Notes: a model not told the origin generated them from the letters alone. Counted from the first letter of the stretch, positions 15,158-27,826 are shown. The stretch: 64,000 nucleotides of DNA from Eledone cirrhosa (GCA_964016885.1 OZ024762.1:22320001-22384000); one strand, 5' to 3'. Translations and numbers: made by a program.

Positions 15158-15822
15158 ATCTCTCTTTTTCTGTCTCTTTGCTCTTTCTCTCTCTCTATCT
15201 CTCTCTCTGCCCTCTCTCTCTCTCTCTCTATCTCTCTCTCTGCCCTCTCTCTCTCTATATATATATATATATCTCTACTCTCTCTCTATATATATATATC
15301 TCTACTCTCTCTCTCTACCCTCTCTCTCTCTCTCTCTCTTTCTCTCTGTGTCTCTATGCCCTCTCTCTCTTTCTCTCTATATCTCTCTCTCTTTCTCTCT
15401 ATATCTCTCTCTCTTTCTCTATATATCTCTCTCTGCCCTCTCTCACTCTCTCTTTCTCTCTCTCTCTGCTCAACACTCTCTATTTATCTCTGTTTCCCAT
15501 CTCTCTCTTCTTCCCCACACACTCTTTGCCCGACGCTCTCTCTCCCTCTCTCTACCTCACAAACTCTGCCCCACACTCTCACTTTCTCTCTCTCTTTCTC
15601 TTCTTCCCACACACTCTCTGTCCCACACACTCTCTACCTCACGCTCTCTCTACCTCACAAACTCTGCCCCACACTCTCACTTTCTCTCACTCTCTCTCTC
15701 TCTTCTTCCCACACACTCTCTACCTCACACACTCTCTCCCACACACACACTCTTTCTCTCTCTACCTCACACGCTCTCTGCCGCACACTCTCACTTTCTC
15801 TCTCTCTTCTCTCCTCTCTCTC

Positions 15823-15871
<49 letters not shown>

Positions 15872-15873
15872 CC

Positions 15874-15912
<39 letters not shown>

Positions 15913-15990
15913 GTCACTCTGTTTCTCTCTATCTCTCAATCTCTTCCTCTCTCTTTCTCATGTTCTCTCTCTGTGTATCTATCTATCTGT
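11296..15990. repeat. Compound (CATA)n/(TA)n/(CA)n/(CT)n microsatellites with higher-order repetition
   Basis: Direct inspection; includes a family H 3' fragment at 13700-13810. Confidence 0.9.
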
Positions 15991-16049
15991 CTAGCAGGCA
16001 GGTACACATAATTATTCCACATTATCCTCACCAATATTATATTTATATT

Positions 16050-16160
16050 TTGATGAAGGACTAGCGTCCGAAACGTTAAGACCCTCTTCCTTCTATTTCA
16101 AACGTTAACCTAATATATTCCTTCCATATACTGTACCGATTGTGTTCTTATTTCTGTTAG
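16050..16160 (+). mobile_element. Family J with hammerhead-like motif
   Basis: (C/T)TGATGAA-GGAC(tagc)GTCC-GAAACGTT-AAGA; copies at 19800-19925 (intact CTGATGA at 19806) and 37534-37655. Confidence 0.65.
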
Positions 16161-16185
16161 AACACTGGTTTAACCGCTTTACTTC

Positions 16186-16381
16186 CCTCCGAAGAAGAGA
16201 TATTATCTCGAAAATTAAGGACATTTAAATAAATCTATGGTAAAAGACTAATTTTCAACAATATCTTTTGCATTTGCATTCTTTAATCTATGTCCATACC
16301 TGCATTGTTTTGGCTTTATTATACATAACAAACGTTTATACCTCATTACACAATGCTTCAAGTGAACTATAACTTCCTCCA
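16186..16381 (+). mobile_element. Family G with hammerhead-like motif at 16186-16220
   Basis: CCT-CCGAAGA-A-GAGAT(att)ATCTC-GAAA-AT-TA-AGG; the 3' part matches 40679-40780 reverse-complemented. Confidence 0.55.
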
Positions 16382-16423
16382 TATATATACAGGGTGCCCC
16401 CAAAAAATGCATACACACTTTGA

Positions 16424-16640
16424 TTACCTGGTGAAGTGGTTAGAGAATTGGATTCGCAATAGTAAGGTTGTGAGTTCGATTCCCGGACCGAGTGATGCGT
16501 TATGTCCTTGAGCAAGACACTTTAGTTCACGTTGCTCCTTCTCCCTGGAGTTGCGACCGTTAGGTAGTATTAGCAATTGGAAAGACAAATGGCAACAATG
16601 TCTCCTCGGTCCGATTTGACGAAAGTCGATCGACTGTCGA
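16424..16640 (+). mobile_element. tRNA-derived SINE with a CORE-like segment
   Basis: A box tggtgaagtgg, B box gttcgattcc, then gtccttgagcaagacactt; second copy at 43490-43691. Confidence 0.7.
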
Positions 16641-16705
16641 TAGATAGATATAGATGTGTATATACATATATATGGGTATAATAATGACGATGATATATAT
16701 ATATA

Positions 16706-17245
16706 TGTCGGGTCACTCGTGAGTGCTACTGGTAACATGTAAGCCAGTACAACCCGTCGCATGGTCGGGGCGTCGGCGACTAAACCGGCAACCCCACCAA
16801 GTTTACTTGGTGAGGAGGGTGATTTTGGACACCCTGCAGGACAAAAGAAAACAAAACCTGACAAAGGGCGGAAGAACTCATAAGAGTCAACGGTCATCCG
16901 AAAGTGTGTAAATATGTATATACACATGTACCGCGCGGTTAAACCACAGGGAGCGAAGGACCCCTAGCCTTTGTGAGAGCATTCTTCTAGGAGAAGGCAA
17001 CTCAGGAAACTGGGATAACTCCGATATAAAACCTGCAGCTCAGTAGTTACCGATGATGTTGATCTTTTCTTCTTTTCGTGTTATAGCTACTGTCGCTCAG
17101 AGAGTGGGATTGGTTCAGTGCACAGTCTTTCCTCACTTTAAAAAATATCTTCACGCACTGGCATTGCACGATAGAATTAATTAATAATTATTAATAATGG
17201 TATATCGTGCGATGGCCATACTCGATAACGAGGGGGCAGCCATCA
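16706..17245 (+). mobile_element. Diverged subfamily of the bipartite RTE derivative
   Basis: Same 5' part and same 3' terminus (ggccatactcgataacgag...gcagccatca) as 20248-20857, different middle. Confidence 0.65.
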
Positions 17246-17399
17246 TATATATATATGAAAAGTTATCTAAAGCACTAACCTTTTCCTATGCATACTCTAC
17301 TTACCCAAATATCGAGTACTTAGTTGTATATTGTCGTACTAGTCTAACTGGTAACATCCAATCTCTCTCTTTCTCACGTTAGTTCTTTTTCTCTCTCAG

Positions 17400-17466
<67 letters not shown>

Positions 17467-17602
17467 ACTTTTTTCATCGGAAAAAAATTATACGTTGAAG
17501 TAGTTAACTTTAATCAAATATACGTTCGAGATTTTTATTTACATATATATTGTATATATATGTTTGTGTGTGTATATGTATATATATATGTATATATATA
17601 TG

Positions 17603-17653
<51 letters not shown>

Positions 17654-18571
17654 GTATATATATATGTATATATATATGTATATGTATATATGTATATATA
17701 TATATATATGTATGTATATATATGTATATATATGTATATGTATATATATATGTATATATATATATATATATATATGCATATGAATGTCTTCGAGTGATTA
17801 CGTGACTATATGTGACTGTGTGACTGTCCGATTGTGAGTATGTATATATATATATATATATATATGTGCGTGTGTGTGTGTGTATATATATATGTGTGTC
17901 TGTGTGTATATATATATGTGTGTGTCTGTCTGTGTGTATGTATGTATGTGTGTCTGTGTGTGTGTGCTTCTTTATGAGTTTGTTTATGTGAAGCTCTGTT
18001 TACGGTTGCCTGATCACGTGTTTACAAGTGTATTGTCCTCAGATATTGGAAATCCAATAAGATTGGAATGAAATTGTAATCACATGAATAAGTGTATCGG
18101 ATTTGATTGGCTGCCAGTTGGCTACAAATTCCAATGGACAGCAAATTATAGGTGTTGTTGGTAGAATTTCGCTTCATGTGCATGTCAATTGTTGAGAGAG
18201 ATATTGAAACCTCGTTAACAATATAGTATTATTAAATATAACACCTGGTATTTAACGTTTCTTCTACATTCCATTCCAATTAGCACAATTGAATGTCTAA
18301 TGTCAGTTTTATATTAAAGATACAGTAAGTTATGTCCCCTCCTTATAACTGTCTATATGTTTATAGCTATGATTAAATGAACTTTGTGTTGGCCGTGTAA
18401 TATTCTAGTGAATTACTGACTGTGGACGATAACTGAAACACCATTCAGTCGTTGTTCATACTCTTCCACATCCAATTTCCTCAATATGGCGGCCGTTGGT
18501 GACTTATATATCTCTCTTTCCATTCAATGGCTGATAATACCTTACTGGCGCTGCTCGAGTGAGGTAATTAT

Positions 18572-18859
18572 TTAACCCTTTAGCATTTAAACCGGCCATA
18601 TCCTGCCAGAATGTTCTACCCTCTTTCTGTTCAAACCAGCTGTAACCAGCACCTCATTCTATTGTTTAGGTATTGTTCTTAAAATAAATAATATCAAAAT
18701 CTCATAGGTTCGATATTATGTGAGATAAAGCCTTTACTGTGAAAATACAATAGTACATAAAGAGTAATGTAAATGCTATGTGAGATATTATGTGAAGTAA
18801 AGTGTTTACCATGAGAATACAATAGTATATACAGAGTGATGTAAATGATAAAGTGTTAA
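18572..18859. mobile_element. piggyBac-type MITE
   Basis: TTAA-CCCTTTAGCATTTA ... TAAATGATAAAGTG-TTAA: 14-bp TIR with 2 mismatches and TTAA on both sides. Confidence 0.6.
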
Positions 18860-18930
18860 CCCATAAATGGGGCCCTAACAGGTATTGCTACCCAGGGTCA
18901 GAGCAGAACTGGGAATGATAACAAATAAGT

Positions 18931-19121
18931 AATAAATGTTTCTACTTTTGGCACAAGGCCAGCAATTATCGCAGTGTATTACTGGTACTTTATTTTATCG
19001 ACTCCGTAAGAATGAAAGGCAAAGTTAACCTCGGCGGGATTTGAACTCAGACAATAAAGGGCCGTAACTCTTTGCTGCAAAGCATGGCGTCCGACCCTCT
19101 ATCGATACTGCCAATCAACCG
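18931..19121 (-). mobile_element. tRNA-derived SINE family S1
   Basis: Reverse complement of 26452-26636; another copy at 19501-19670(-). Confidence 0.85.
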
Positions 19122-20247
19122 TAATAATGGTGTGACACACCTGTTTTGTATACCTGTACGAAACGAGGGTAACACCCAAGGTATTCACCAGATGCAATTC
19201 CGAGCTACCAAAGAGAGACTACGACGAGACTCCGTGTGCACAGAATCTAACTGACAGTTCACTTAAGTTCATATTTATAGGCTTTTCGCTTAGTCCACTT
19301 TTAGTTACGCAGAGGTGTTCAGGGTTTTTCCTCCACAACAAACTAAGGGCTAACTCCACCTTCTCCACAGCTCCTGAAATCCCACACTGGAGCTTTGCAC
19401 GGGATGAAGTTTAATGTCGTACCCAGGACATATATCTAGGTTGTTTAATAAGTAAATATCCACACCATTTGTAAAGTCTTCAGAGATAGTTCTCCGAAAA
19501 AATAATTGTTTCTACTTTAGGCACTAGGCCAGCAATTACCCAGTGCATTACTGGTACTTTAATTTATCGACCCCGTAAGGATGAAAGGCAAAGTCAACCT
19601 CGGGGGGATTGGAACTCAGATCGTAAAGGGACGTAACTATGCTGGAAAGCATGGTATCTGACCCTCTACCCGAAAAATTAACACCGGATTTCACGAGCCA
19701 TCTCTATCTCTGAATAGGCACGTGTATTTCTTTTTATCATTTTCCCCGATCCTTCCTCTCATTACTCTATACTTTCTATTTATCTTCTATTTCTTACTCT
19801 ATATTCTGATGAAGGACTAGCGTCCGAAACGTTAAGACTCTCTTCCTGCTATTTCAAGCATTAAACTAATATATTTCTTCCATGTACTGTGCCGTTTTTT
19901 GTGTTGTTATTTTTGTTATTACTTTTATATATATATATATATATAAATTAAAATATAGAAACTAATGTGAGCAAGAAGCCAACAGTATTGCATAATATAT
20001 AAGTGACTATACGTCAAAATGGAAAATAATTAACGTAAGATGTGGAAAAATAATTCAAACTCAATTAAAAAAAAATCAAGACAGATATATATATATATAT
20101 ATATTTTTATATATATATAAATATATGTGTGTGTGTGTGGTGGGGTGGTATATGTATTATGCGTACGTATATATCTATATATGTATGTATATATGTACGT
20201 ATATATATATATGTGAGTGTATGTATGTATGTATGTATGTATATATA

Positions 20248-20857
20248 TGTCAGGTCACCAGTTGGTGCTACTGGAAACATGTATCCCAGTACAACCTGTC
20301 TCATGGTCGGGTCGTTGGCGACTAAACTGGCAACCCCACCAAGGTTTCTTGGTGAGGAGGGTGACTTTGGACATCCTGCAGGACTAAAAACAAAACCTGT
20401 CAAAGGGCAAAGGAGCTCTTAAGAGTCAATGGCCATCCAAAATCACTGGGAGAGATGACCCCTTAGCCTTTGTCAAGGCAGAATTCTAGGAGAAGGAAAA
20501 CTCTGATATAACACCTGCAACCCTGATGGTATCCAATGATGTTGACTTGTTCTTCTTTTTGGTAAATATCAGCTTGGTTAAGAGAGTGGGACTGGCTTTG
20601 TGCAGTGCCTTTGCTCGCTATAAAAGCTTCACGGCACAGGCATTGCTTTATATCTGGAGATCTCTCTGCACTTGTCATCACATGGTACCAAAGGCAAAGC
20701 ACTATGTGTCAATAATTGTCACAAGTGTAGTGTTTGTACCAGAGTTTTCAAGTCGCTGGCTGGACTAAAAAGTCACACTCGTTCAGCGCATCGGTAGGGT
20801 TTCTCCTACATGGATATAGAGTAGTGGCCGTACTCGAAAACGAGTTGGCAGCCACCA
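20248..20857 (+). mobile_element. Non-autonomous bipartite RTE-derived element, about 610 bp (family F)
   Basis: RTE-like 5'UTR motifs (ggagaaggaaaactctga) fused to a C-terminal C2H2 remnant [25 protein letters not shown] (20720-20797) and a short 3'UTR with a microsatellite tail. Confidence 0.7.
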
Positions 20858-21058
20858 TGTATATATATATATATACGTATGTCTACACACATATCTATAT
20901 ATATATATATATATGTATATATAGGAAAAGAGTCGGGACCCCGACAGCTGAGCTCTGGCCGTTTGGACATACCCGCTCTACTACCCTAAGTATTGAGTAT
21001 TCTAGTGCGTTATGGTTCACCTGGTTTCTTACCACACCCCCTTTGTTATATGTGTATA

Positions 21059-21296
21059 TATTTTGACTAAAGAAATTAAAGAAAATTATTTTGCCTGATA
21101 GTGGGTTTAAGAATCCTCGGAGAAATGGAAAAAGATGAGTTGATGTGTTGGTGTAATGGTAGCACAGAGGTCTGGATAACCAAAGATGTGGGTTCGACTC
21201 CCATGTACGTCAATACTCATTTTTTTCCATTTCTCCGAGGGTTCTTAACCCCACTATCAGGCTAAATAATTTTCTTTAATTTCTTTAGTCAAAATA
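21059..21296. other. Fold-back with arms of about 75-80 bp enclosing a tRNA-like cloverleaf (21142-21212,+)
   Basis: 21059-21133 is the reverse complement of 21222-21296; the centre has A box TGGTGTAATGG, T arm GTGGG-TTCGACT-CCCAT and acceptor GATGTGT/GTACGTC. Confidence 0.7.
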
Positions 21297-21306
21297 CGGC
21301 GATAGC

Positions 21307-21374
<68 letters not shown>

Positions 21375-21394
21375 TATATATATATGTACAATAT

Positions 21395-22290
21395 ACATTG
21401 GCTCCCTACCTTTTTATCATCGTGGTGGACTATTGTATGCGCCTTGCACTGGAGAAACACCAGGACTCTGGCTTTACTGTAGCACCGGCTCAGAGCAGGA
21501 GAGTTAAGGCGAAAAAGGTATCGAATGCTGAATTTGAGGACGACATAGTTTTGGTGACAAATACAGTGAAGGAGGCAGAGGATTTGATGCAGGAGGTTGA
21601 GACTGTGTCGATGAGTGTGGGGCTGAGAATGAATGAGACTAAAACAAAATATCTGGTAGAGAATGCTGAGAAGCCAGGGAGGATCACTAATGTCGGCGGG
21701 AAGCCGCTAGAATTGGTTGAGGACTTACTGTATTTGGGAGCAAAGATTGGGAATACAGAAGATGATGTGGTTGAGAGGAAGAGCAAAGCCTGGGCGGCGG
21801 GCCACAGCTTGAGATCGGTGTGGAAGTCGGACATTCGTAAAGACCTGAAAATCCGCCTCTTTATTGCTACGGTGGAGTCTGTGCTGCTGTACGGGTCTGA
21901 GACTTGGACACTGACCAAGAAACTCACTCAGATGGTGGATGGGTGCTACACGAGAATGCTGAAGATGGCTCTGAACATTAATCAGTTTACACTGAGGATG
22001 CAAAACTCAGAGCTGTATGGGAGCCTCCCAAAAGTCAGCTCAAAAGTGACACAGAGGAGACTGAGGTTAGCTGGACATGCTCACAGACATCCAGAGTTGA
22101 CACTGCACTCAGTGCTCCTGTGGGAACCCCTGCATGGACACACTGGAAGTGGAAGACCAAGGTTAACGTATGTTGATGACCTAAGGACAGACACTGGTCT
22201 GTTGGAGACGCCGGACATGGCAGTGATAATGAGGGACAGAGACCGCTGGAGAGAACTCGTCCATGGATCTCAGGAATTTTACCCGCCCTA
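21395..22290 (+). mobile_element. 5'-truncated RTE-clade LINE, reverse transcriptase C-terminal half
   Basis: LAPYLFIIVVDY, degenerate catalytic FEDD, GLRMNETKTKY, YLGA, SVLLYGSETW, RRLRLAGH, GRPRLTY..DL, DRDRWR; separate 3' end copy at 59570-59726. Confidence 0.9.
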
Positions 22291-22539
22291 GATATATATA
22301 TATATACATATATGTATATGGGGGGGAGGAGCGTATGTATGTACGTACATATTCGTGTATGTGTGTATATATATATAATACATTTACATAAAAAAGATGA
22401 AGACATGAATGGTATGAGGATCGAACTCTGGCATCTGTTGTATACAGGTCAACTTCAATATCGATTATATAATTATAGATTATATAAGACAGCATCTTCG
22501 TTGTCTGAGGAAATATGTCAGTCATTAGACGTTTTAACT

Positions 22540-23213
22540 ACACCATCATCATCATCATCACCATCACCAATATTGTCACCATCACCATCATCATCATCAT
22601 AATCGCCATCATTATAAACATCACTACCATCACCATCACCATCATCATTACCAACATTATCATCACCATCATCATCATCATCAACACTACTAATACCATC
22701 ATCATCATCATAATCATCATCATCATCATTATTACCATCATCGTCATCACCATCATCATCATCATCATCACCGTCGTAATCGCTGTGGTGGTAGGCATTG
22801 GCACGAGACTGCAATCGAGTGGTGGTAGTGGTGGTGATTCTAGTAGTGGTGGTAGTATTGGTGGTGGTGATTCTAGTAGTAGTAGTAGCAATAGTAGTAG
22901 TGGTGGTGGCAGTAGTAGCAATAGTAGTAGTGGTGGTGGTAGTGGTTGTGATGATTCTAGTAATAGTGGTAGTAGTAGCAGTAGTGGTAGTGGTAGTAGT
23001 AGCAATAGTAGTAGTGGTAGTAGTGGTGGTAGTAGTAGTAGTAGTGCTGGTGGTGTGGTGGCAGTAGTAGTTGCTTTTGTTGTTTCAGCAGCAGCAACAG
23101 GAGAGTAGCAGCAGCAGCAATTGTTGCCGCAGCAACAATTGCTGCAGTGACATATATATATATATATATATAATGAGAGAGAGAGAGAGAGAGAGAGGGA
23201 GAGATAGAATGGT

Positions 23214-23280
<67 letters not shown>

Positions 23281-25225
23281 GTTGTATATATATATATATA
23301 TATGTGTAATGAGAGAGAGAGTGATAAAGAGGGAGATATAGAATGGTTGTATATATATATAATGAGAGAGAGAGAGATACAGAGGGAGAGAGAGAATGGT
23401 TGTATATATATATATATATGTGTAATGAGAGAAAGAGAGAGTGATAAAGAGGGATATATAGAGTGATATATATATACTGTATATATATCAACTCCTTATT
23501 ATATATATATATATCAACTCCTTATTATATATATATAAACATACATATAGGGAGACATAGATAGCTGGAGAGAGATATTGTGAGATATACAGAGGCATTC
23601 AAGACAGATAGGACGACAGGTGACGCCACTGGTAAAACGCTAGACATAGCCACATGATGGATTTCCCACGTCAGTGAGTATGAAATCGAATTCTCCATTA
23701 CACCGTTCACTGAGTTGGAAAATCAAAACATAGTTCCTGCCAAATACGGGAACTGAATAAGAAGTTGAGGAAAATGAAACCATTTTGAACAATGGCGGAA
23801 ATTTATGGAAAAACCGACCTGAAGATTTGAAGAATAAAATAAATATAATAGAAAGAAGCAAATAAACAGCAACAACAACAGTAATAACAACAACAACAGT
23901 AATAACAACAACAGTAATAACAACAACAGCAGTAATAACAGCAGTAATAACAACAACAGTAATAACAGCAACAGTAACAACAGTAACAATAACAACAGTA
24001 ACAACAACAGTAACAACAACAGTAACAACAGCAACAGTAACAACAGTAACAATAACAACAGTAACAACAGTAACAATAACAGTAACAACAACAGTAACAA
24101 TAACAACAGTAACAACAGTAACAACAACAATAACGACAACAACAGCAACAACTAACAACAGGAACAACTGCAACAGTAACAACTACAATAACAACAGTAA
24201 CAACAGTAACAACAACAGTAACAACAACAGTAACAACAACAGTAACAACAACAGTAACAACAACAGTAACAACAACAGTAACAACAACAGTAACAACAAC
24301 AGTAACAACAACAGTAACAACAACAGTAACAACAACAGTAACAACAACAGTAACAACAACAGTAACAACAACAGTAACAGTAACAACAGTAACAGTAACA
24401 ACAGTAACAGTAACAACAGTAACAGCAACAACAGTAACAGCAACAACAGTAACAACAGTAACAACAGTAACAACAGCAACAACAGTAACAACAGCAACAA
24501 CAGTAACAACAGCAACAACTGTAACAACACACAACTCTAACTACAACTGTAACAACTACAGTAACAACAACTACAACAATAACAGTAACAATACAAAAAC
24601 ATGGTAATGGTGGTGGTGGTCGTCGTAATGGAGCTGCCGATGATGGTGGTGGTGGTGGTGGTGTTGGTGGTGGTGGTGGTGGTGGTAATGGTGGTGGTGG
24701 TGGTCGTCGTAATGGTGGTGGTGGTGGTCGTCGTAATGGAGCTGCTGATGGTGGTGGTGGTAATGGTGGTGGTAATGGTGGTGCTGGTGGCGGTTCTACC
24801 AAAATGGCTACTGACATATCGTGTCTTACACGGTAACACTGTTGTGTTGGACGCTATTTATAGACCAAGTTAGGGTGGTTGCGATGGTCTTTCTTGTCAG
24901 TGTTGTTGTTGTTGCTCTTGTTGTTGTTGTTGTTGCCCTTGTTGTTGTTGCTGTTGATGCCCTTGTTGTTGTTGATGTCCTTGTTGTTGTTGTTGCCCTT
25001 GTTGTTGTTGCCGTTGTTGTTGTTGTTGTTGTTGTTGTTGATGCCCTTGTTGTTGTTGCCCTTGTTGTTGTTGTTGTTGATGTCCTTGTTGTTGTTGTTG
25101 TTGATGCCCTTGTTGTTGTTGTTGTTGTTGATGCCCTTGTTGTTGTCGTTGTTGTTGTTGCCCTTGTTGTTGTTGTTGTTGTTGATGCCCTTGTTGTTGT
25201 TGTTGCTGTTGTTGATGCCCTTGTT
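22540..25225. repeat. Cluster of (CAT)n, (GTA/GGT)n, (AAC/AGT)n, (GGT)n and (GTT)n trinucleotide repeats
   Basis: Direct inspection; unique islands at 23590-23860 and 24795-24898. Confidence 0.9.
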
Positions 25226-25318
25226 ATAGATATATCTCTGTTTATCTGCTTCTCACACTATATATCTGTCGGTCTATCTATCTATCTGTCGGCTTTCTAT
25301 TTGTTTGTCTATCTATCT

Positions 25319-26082
25319 AGAGTTACAGCCCTTAACGGTCTGAGTTCAAATTCCGCCGATATTAACTTTTTTCCCTTTCATCCATACGGGGGTCGATAAA
25401 ATAAAGTACCAGTAATGCACTGGGGTAATTGCTGGACTGGTGCTAAAAGTAGAGACAATTATTATATAAAAGTTGAAACAATTATTTTACTTGAGACTCG
25501 AGCAGTCGATTGGCAGAATCGGTAGAGCGTCGGACACCATGCTTTTCAGCATAGAGTTACGGCCATTTACACTCTGAGTTCAAATCCCTCCAAAGTACCA
25601 GTAATGCACTGGGGTCAATTTAATCGACTTTTTCTTCGCCCCAAATTGTTGGCCTTGTGCCTAAAGTAGAAACCATTATTTTACTTTATGGCGGTGGATT
25701 GGCAGTATCGGTAGAGGGTCGGACGGCAAGCTTTGACGCATAGTTACGGCCCTTGCCATTCTGAGTTCAAATCCCGCCGAGGTTAGCTTTACCTTTCATC
25801 CTTACGGGGTCGATAAAATAAAGTACCAGTAATGCACTGGGGTGATTGCTGGCCTTGTGCCAAAAGTAGAAACAATTATTATTTCTGGCAGCGCAGTGGA
25901 TTGACAGTAGCGGTAGAGGATCGGACGCCATGCTTTGCAGCATAGAGTTATGGCCCTTTATGATCTGAGTTCAAATCCCGCCGAAGTTAACTTTGCCTTT
26001 CATCCTTACGGGGTCGATAAAATAAAGTACCAGTAATGCACTGGGTGATTGGTAACCTTGTGCCTAAAGTAGAAACAAATAT
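25319..26082 (+). mobile_element. Head-to-tail cluster of four S1 SINE copies
   Basis: Copies at about 25319-25464, 25500-25680, 25689-25883 and 25890-26082. Confidence 0.85.
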
Positions 26083-26353
26083 TTTACTTGAAGCTATAAC
26101 ATAGTTCGGCTAATTTAAGATGAATATGTCGTGTGTGACTTTGTGTGTATTCTACATGAATGACATGATGTTCCCATCTTTTACTAAAGTCTTATTGTTT
26201 TTCTAACGGGTTCACCCTTTGACTTTTGACTATCACCAACATTGTTTGTACATAGAAGATGAATAGAAGTGACATATATATGTATATTTGTATATGTGTG
26301 TATATATATAAGCAGTAAGACAACAGTTAGTTCACCATATGTCTGTGTGTGTG

Positions 26354-26393
<40 letters not shown>

Positions 26394-26397
<4 letters not shown>

Positions 26398-27001
26398 AAA
26401 GTTCTATTTAAATTGTTGGGATACAACAAGCAAATATTATTATAACTGATAGGGCGGTGGATTGGCAGTATCGGTAGAGGGTCGGACGCCATGCTTTCCA
26501 GCATAGTTACGTCCCTTTACGATCTGAGTTCAAATCCCGCCGAGGTTGACTTTGCCTTTCATCCTTACGGGGTCGATAAAATAAAGTACCAATAATGCAC
26601 TGGGTAATTGCTGGCCTTGTGCCTAAAGTAGAAACAATTATTATAACTGATATAAAGCACTCGACAAATATTTGGAGTAGATATACAATATTAACAAATG
26701 GAAACTATATTTATAAAACCATATTTATTTCATTATACATATTTCAAGGATACCAAGTTAAATCATGGTATGCCTTCATCAGACAAAATACAATATATAA
26801 CAGTTTTACAAATAGATATTGACGTACCCTTTCAAAACAACTGTCACCTTTTTGAAAGGGTACGTCAATATCTATTTGTAAAACTGTTATATATTGTATT
26901 TTGTCTGATGAAGGCATACCATGATTTAACTTGGTATCCTTGAAATATATATAATGAAATAAATATGGTTTTATAAATATAGATTCCATTTATTAATATT
27001 G

Positions 27002-27006
<5 letters not shown>
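26394..27006. mobile_element. Family E palindrome: arms of about 157 bp, 12-nt loop, two outward-reading hammerheads
   Basis: 26681-26837 is the reverse complement of 26850-27006; TATTTTGT-CTGATGA-AGGcATACCA...TGGTATCCTt-GAAA-TATATA-TA-ATGAAATA at 26897-26961(+), mirror copy at 26726-26790(-). Confidence 0.85.
26452..26636 (+). mobile_element. Full-length S1 SINE with a 16-bp target site duplication
   Basis: A box tggcagtatcgg, B box gagttcaaatcc, central gcctttcatccttacggggtcgataaa; ATTATTATAACTGATA at 26436-26451 and 26637-26652. Confidence 0.9.
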
Positions 27007-27036
<30 letters not shown>

Positions 27037-27191
27037 CAGTATGTGTGTGTGTATATATATATATATACACACACATACTAATATTATAATGCTCAGTATT
27101 TATACTTTGAGCTTGTTAATTGCAGGGTATCTATATGAGTTAATAACTATATTTTATTTGTATATATATAATATATATATGTATATATATA

Positions 27192-27303
<112 letters not shown>

Positions 27304-27356
27304 TAAATATATAGATAAATATATATATGTATATATATATATATATATAAATATAT

Positions 27357-27387
<31 letters not shown>

Positions 27388-27548
27388 AATATATAGATAA
27401 ATATATATATATATGTATATGTATATATATATACATAAATATATAGATAAATATATATATATATATGTATATGTATATATATATACATAAATATATAGAT
27501 AAATATATATATGTATATGTATATATATATACATAAATATATAGATAA

Positions 27549-27583
<35 letters not shown>

Positions 27584-27722
27584 TATATACATAAATATAT
27601 AGATAAATATATATATATGTATATATATACATAAATATATAGATAAATATATATATAGATAAATATATATATATGTATATATATATATACATAAATATAT
27701 AGATAAATATATATATAGATAA

Positions 27723-27778
<56 letters not shown>

Positions 27779-27826
27779 TTATCTATATATTTATGTATAT
27801 ATATATATACATAAATATATAGATAA

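Noticed and set aside
16388-16422. Tc1/mariner-like terminus TACAGGGTG
   Set aside because: No matching second end was found in the window.
21090-21130. CTGATAG...GAAA in the arms of the tRNA fold-back
   Set aside because: The core and stems I and III do not fit a hammerhead.
21142-21212. Functional tRNA-Ser(GGA) gene
   Set aside because: The anticodon stem is broken, the variable arm is short and the acceptor is GU-rich; treated as tRNA-like only.
23590-23860. Unique island with an ATGGCGG start
   Set aside because: The frame stops after 12 codons and there are no convincing splice signals.
22515-25399. Poly-Ile/Ser/Gly/Val/Leu/Cys ORFs
   Set aside because: They are trinucleotide repeats open in several frames on both strands, with no splice or homology support.
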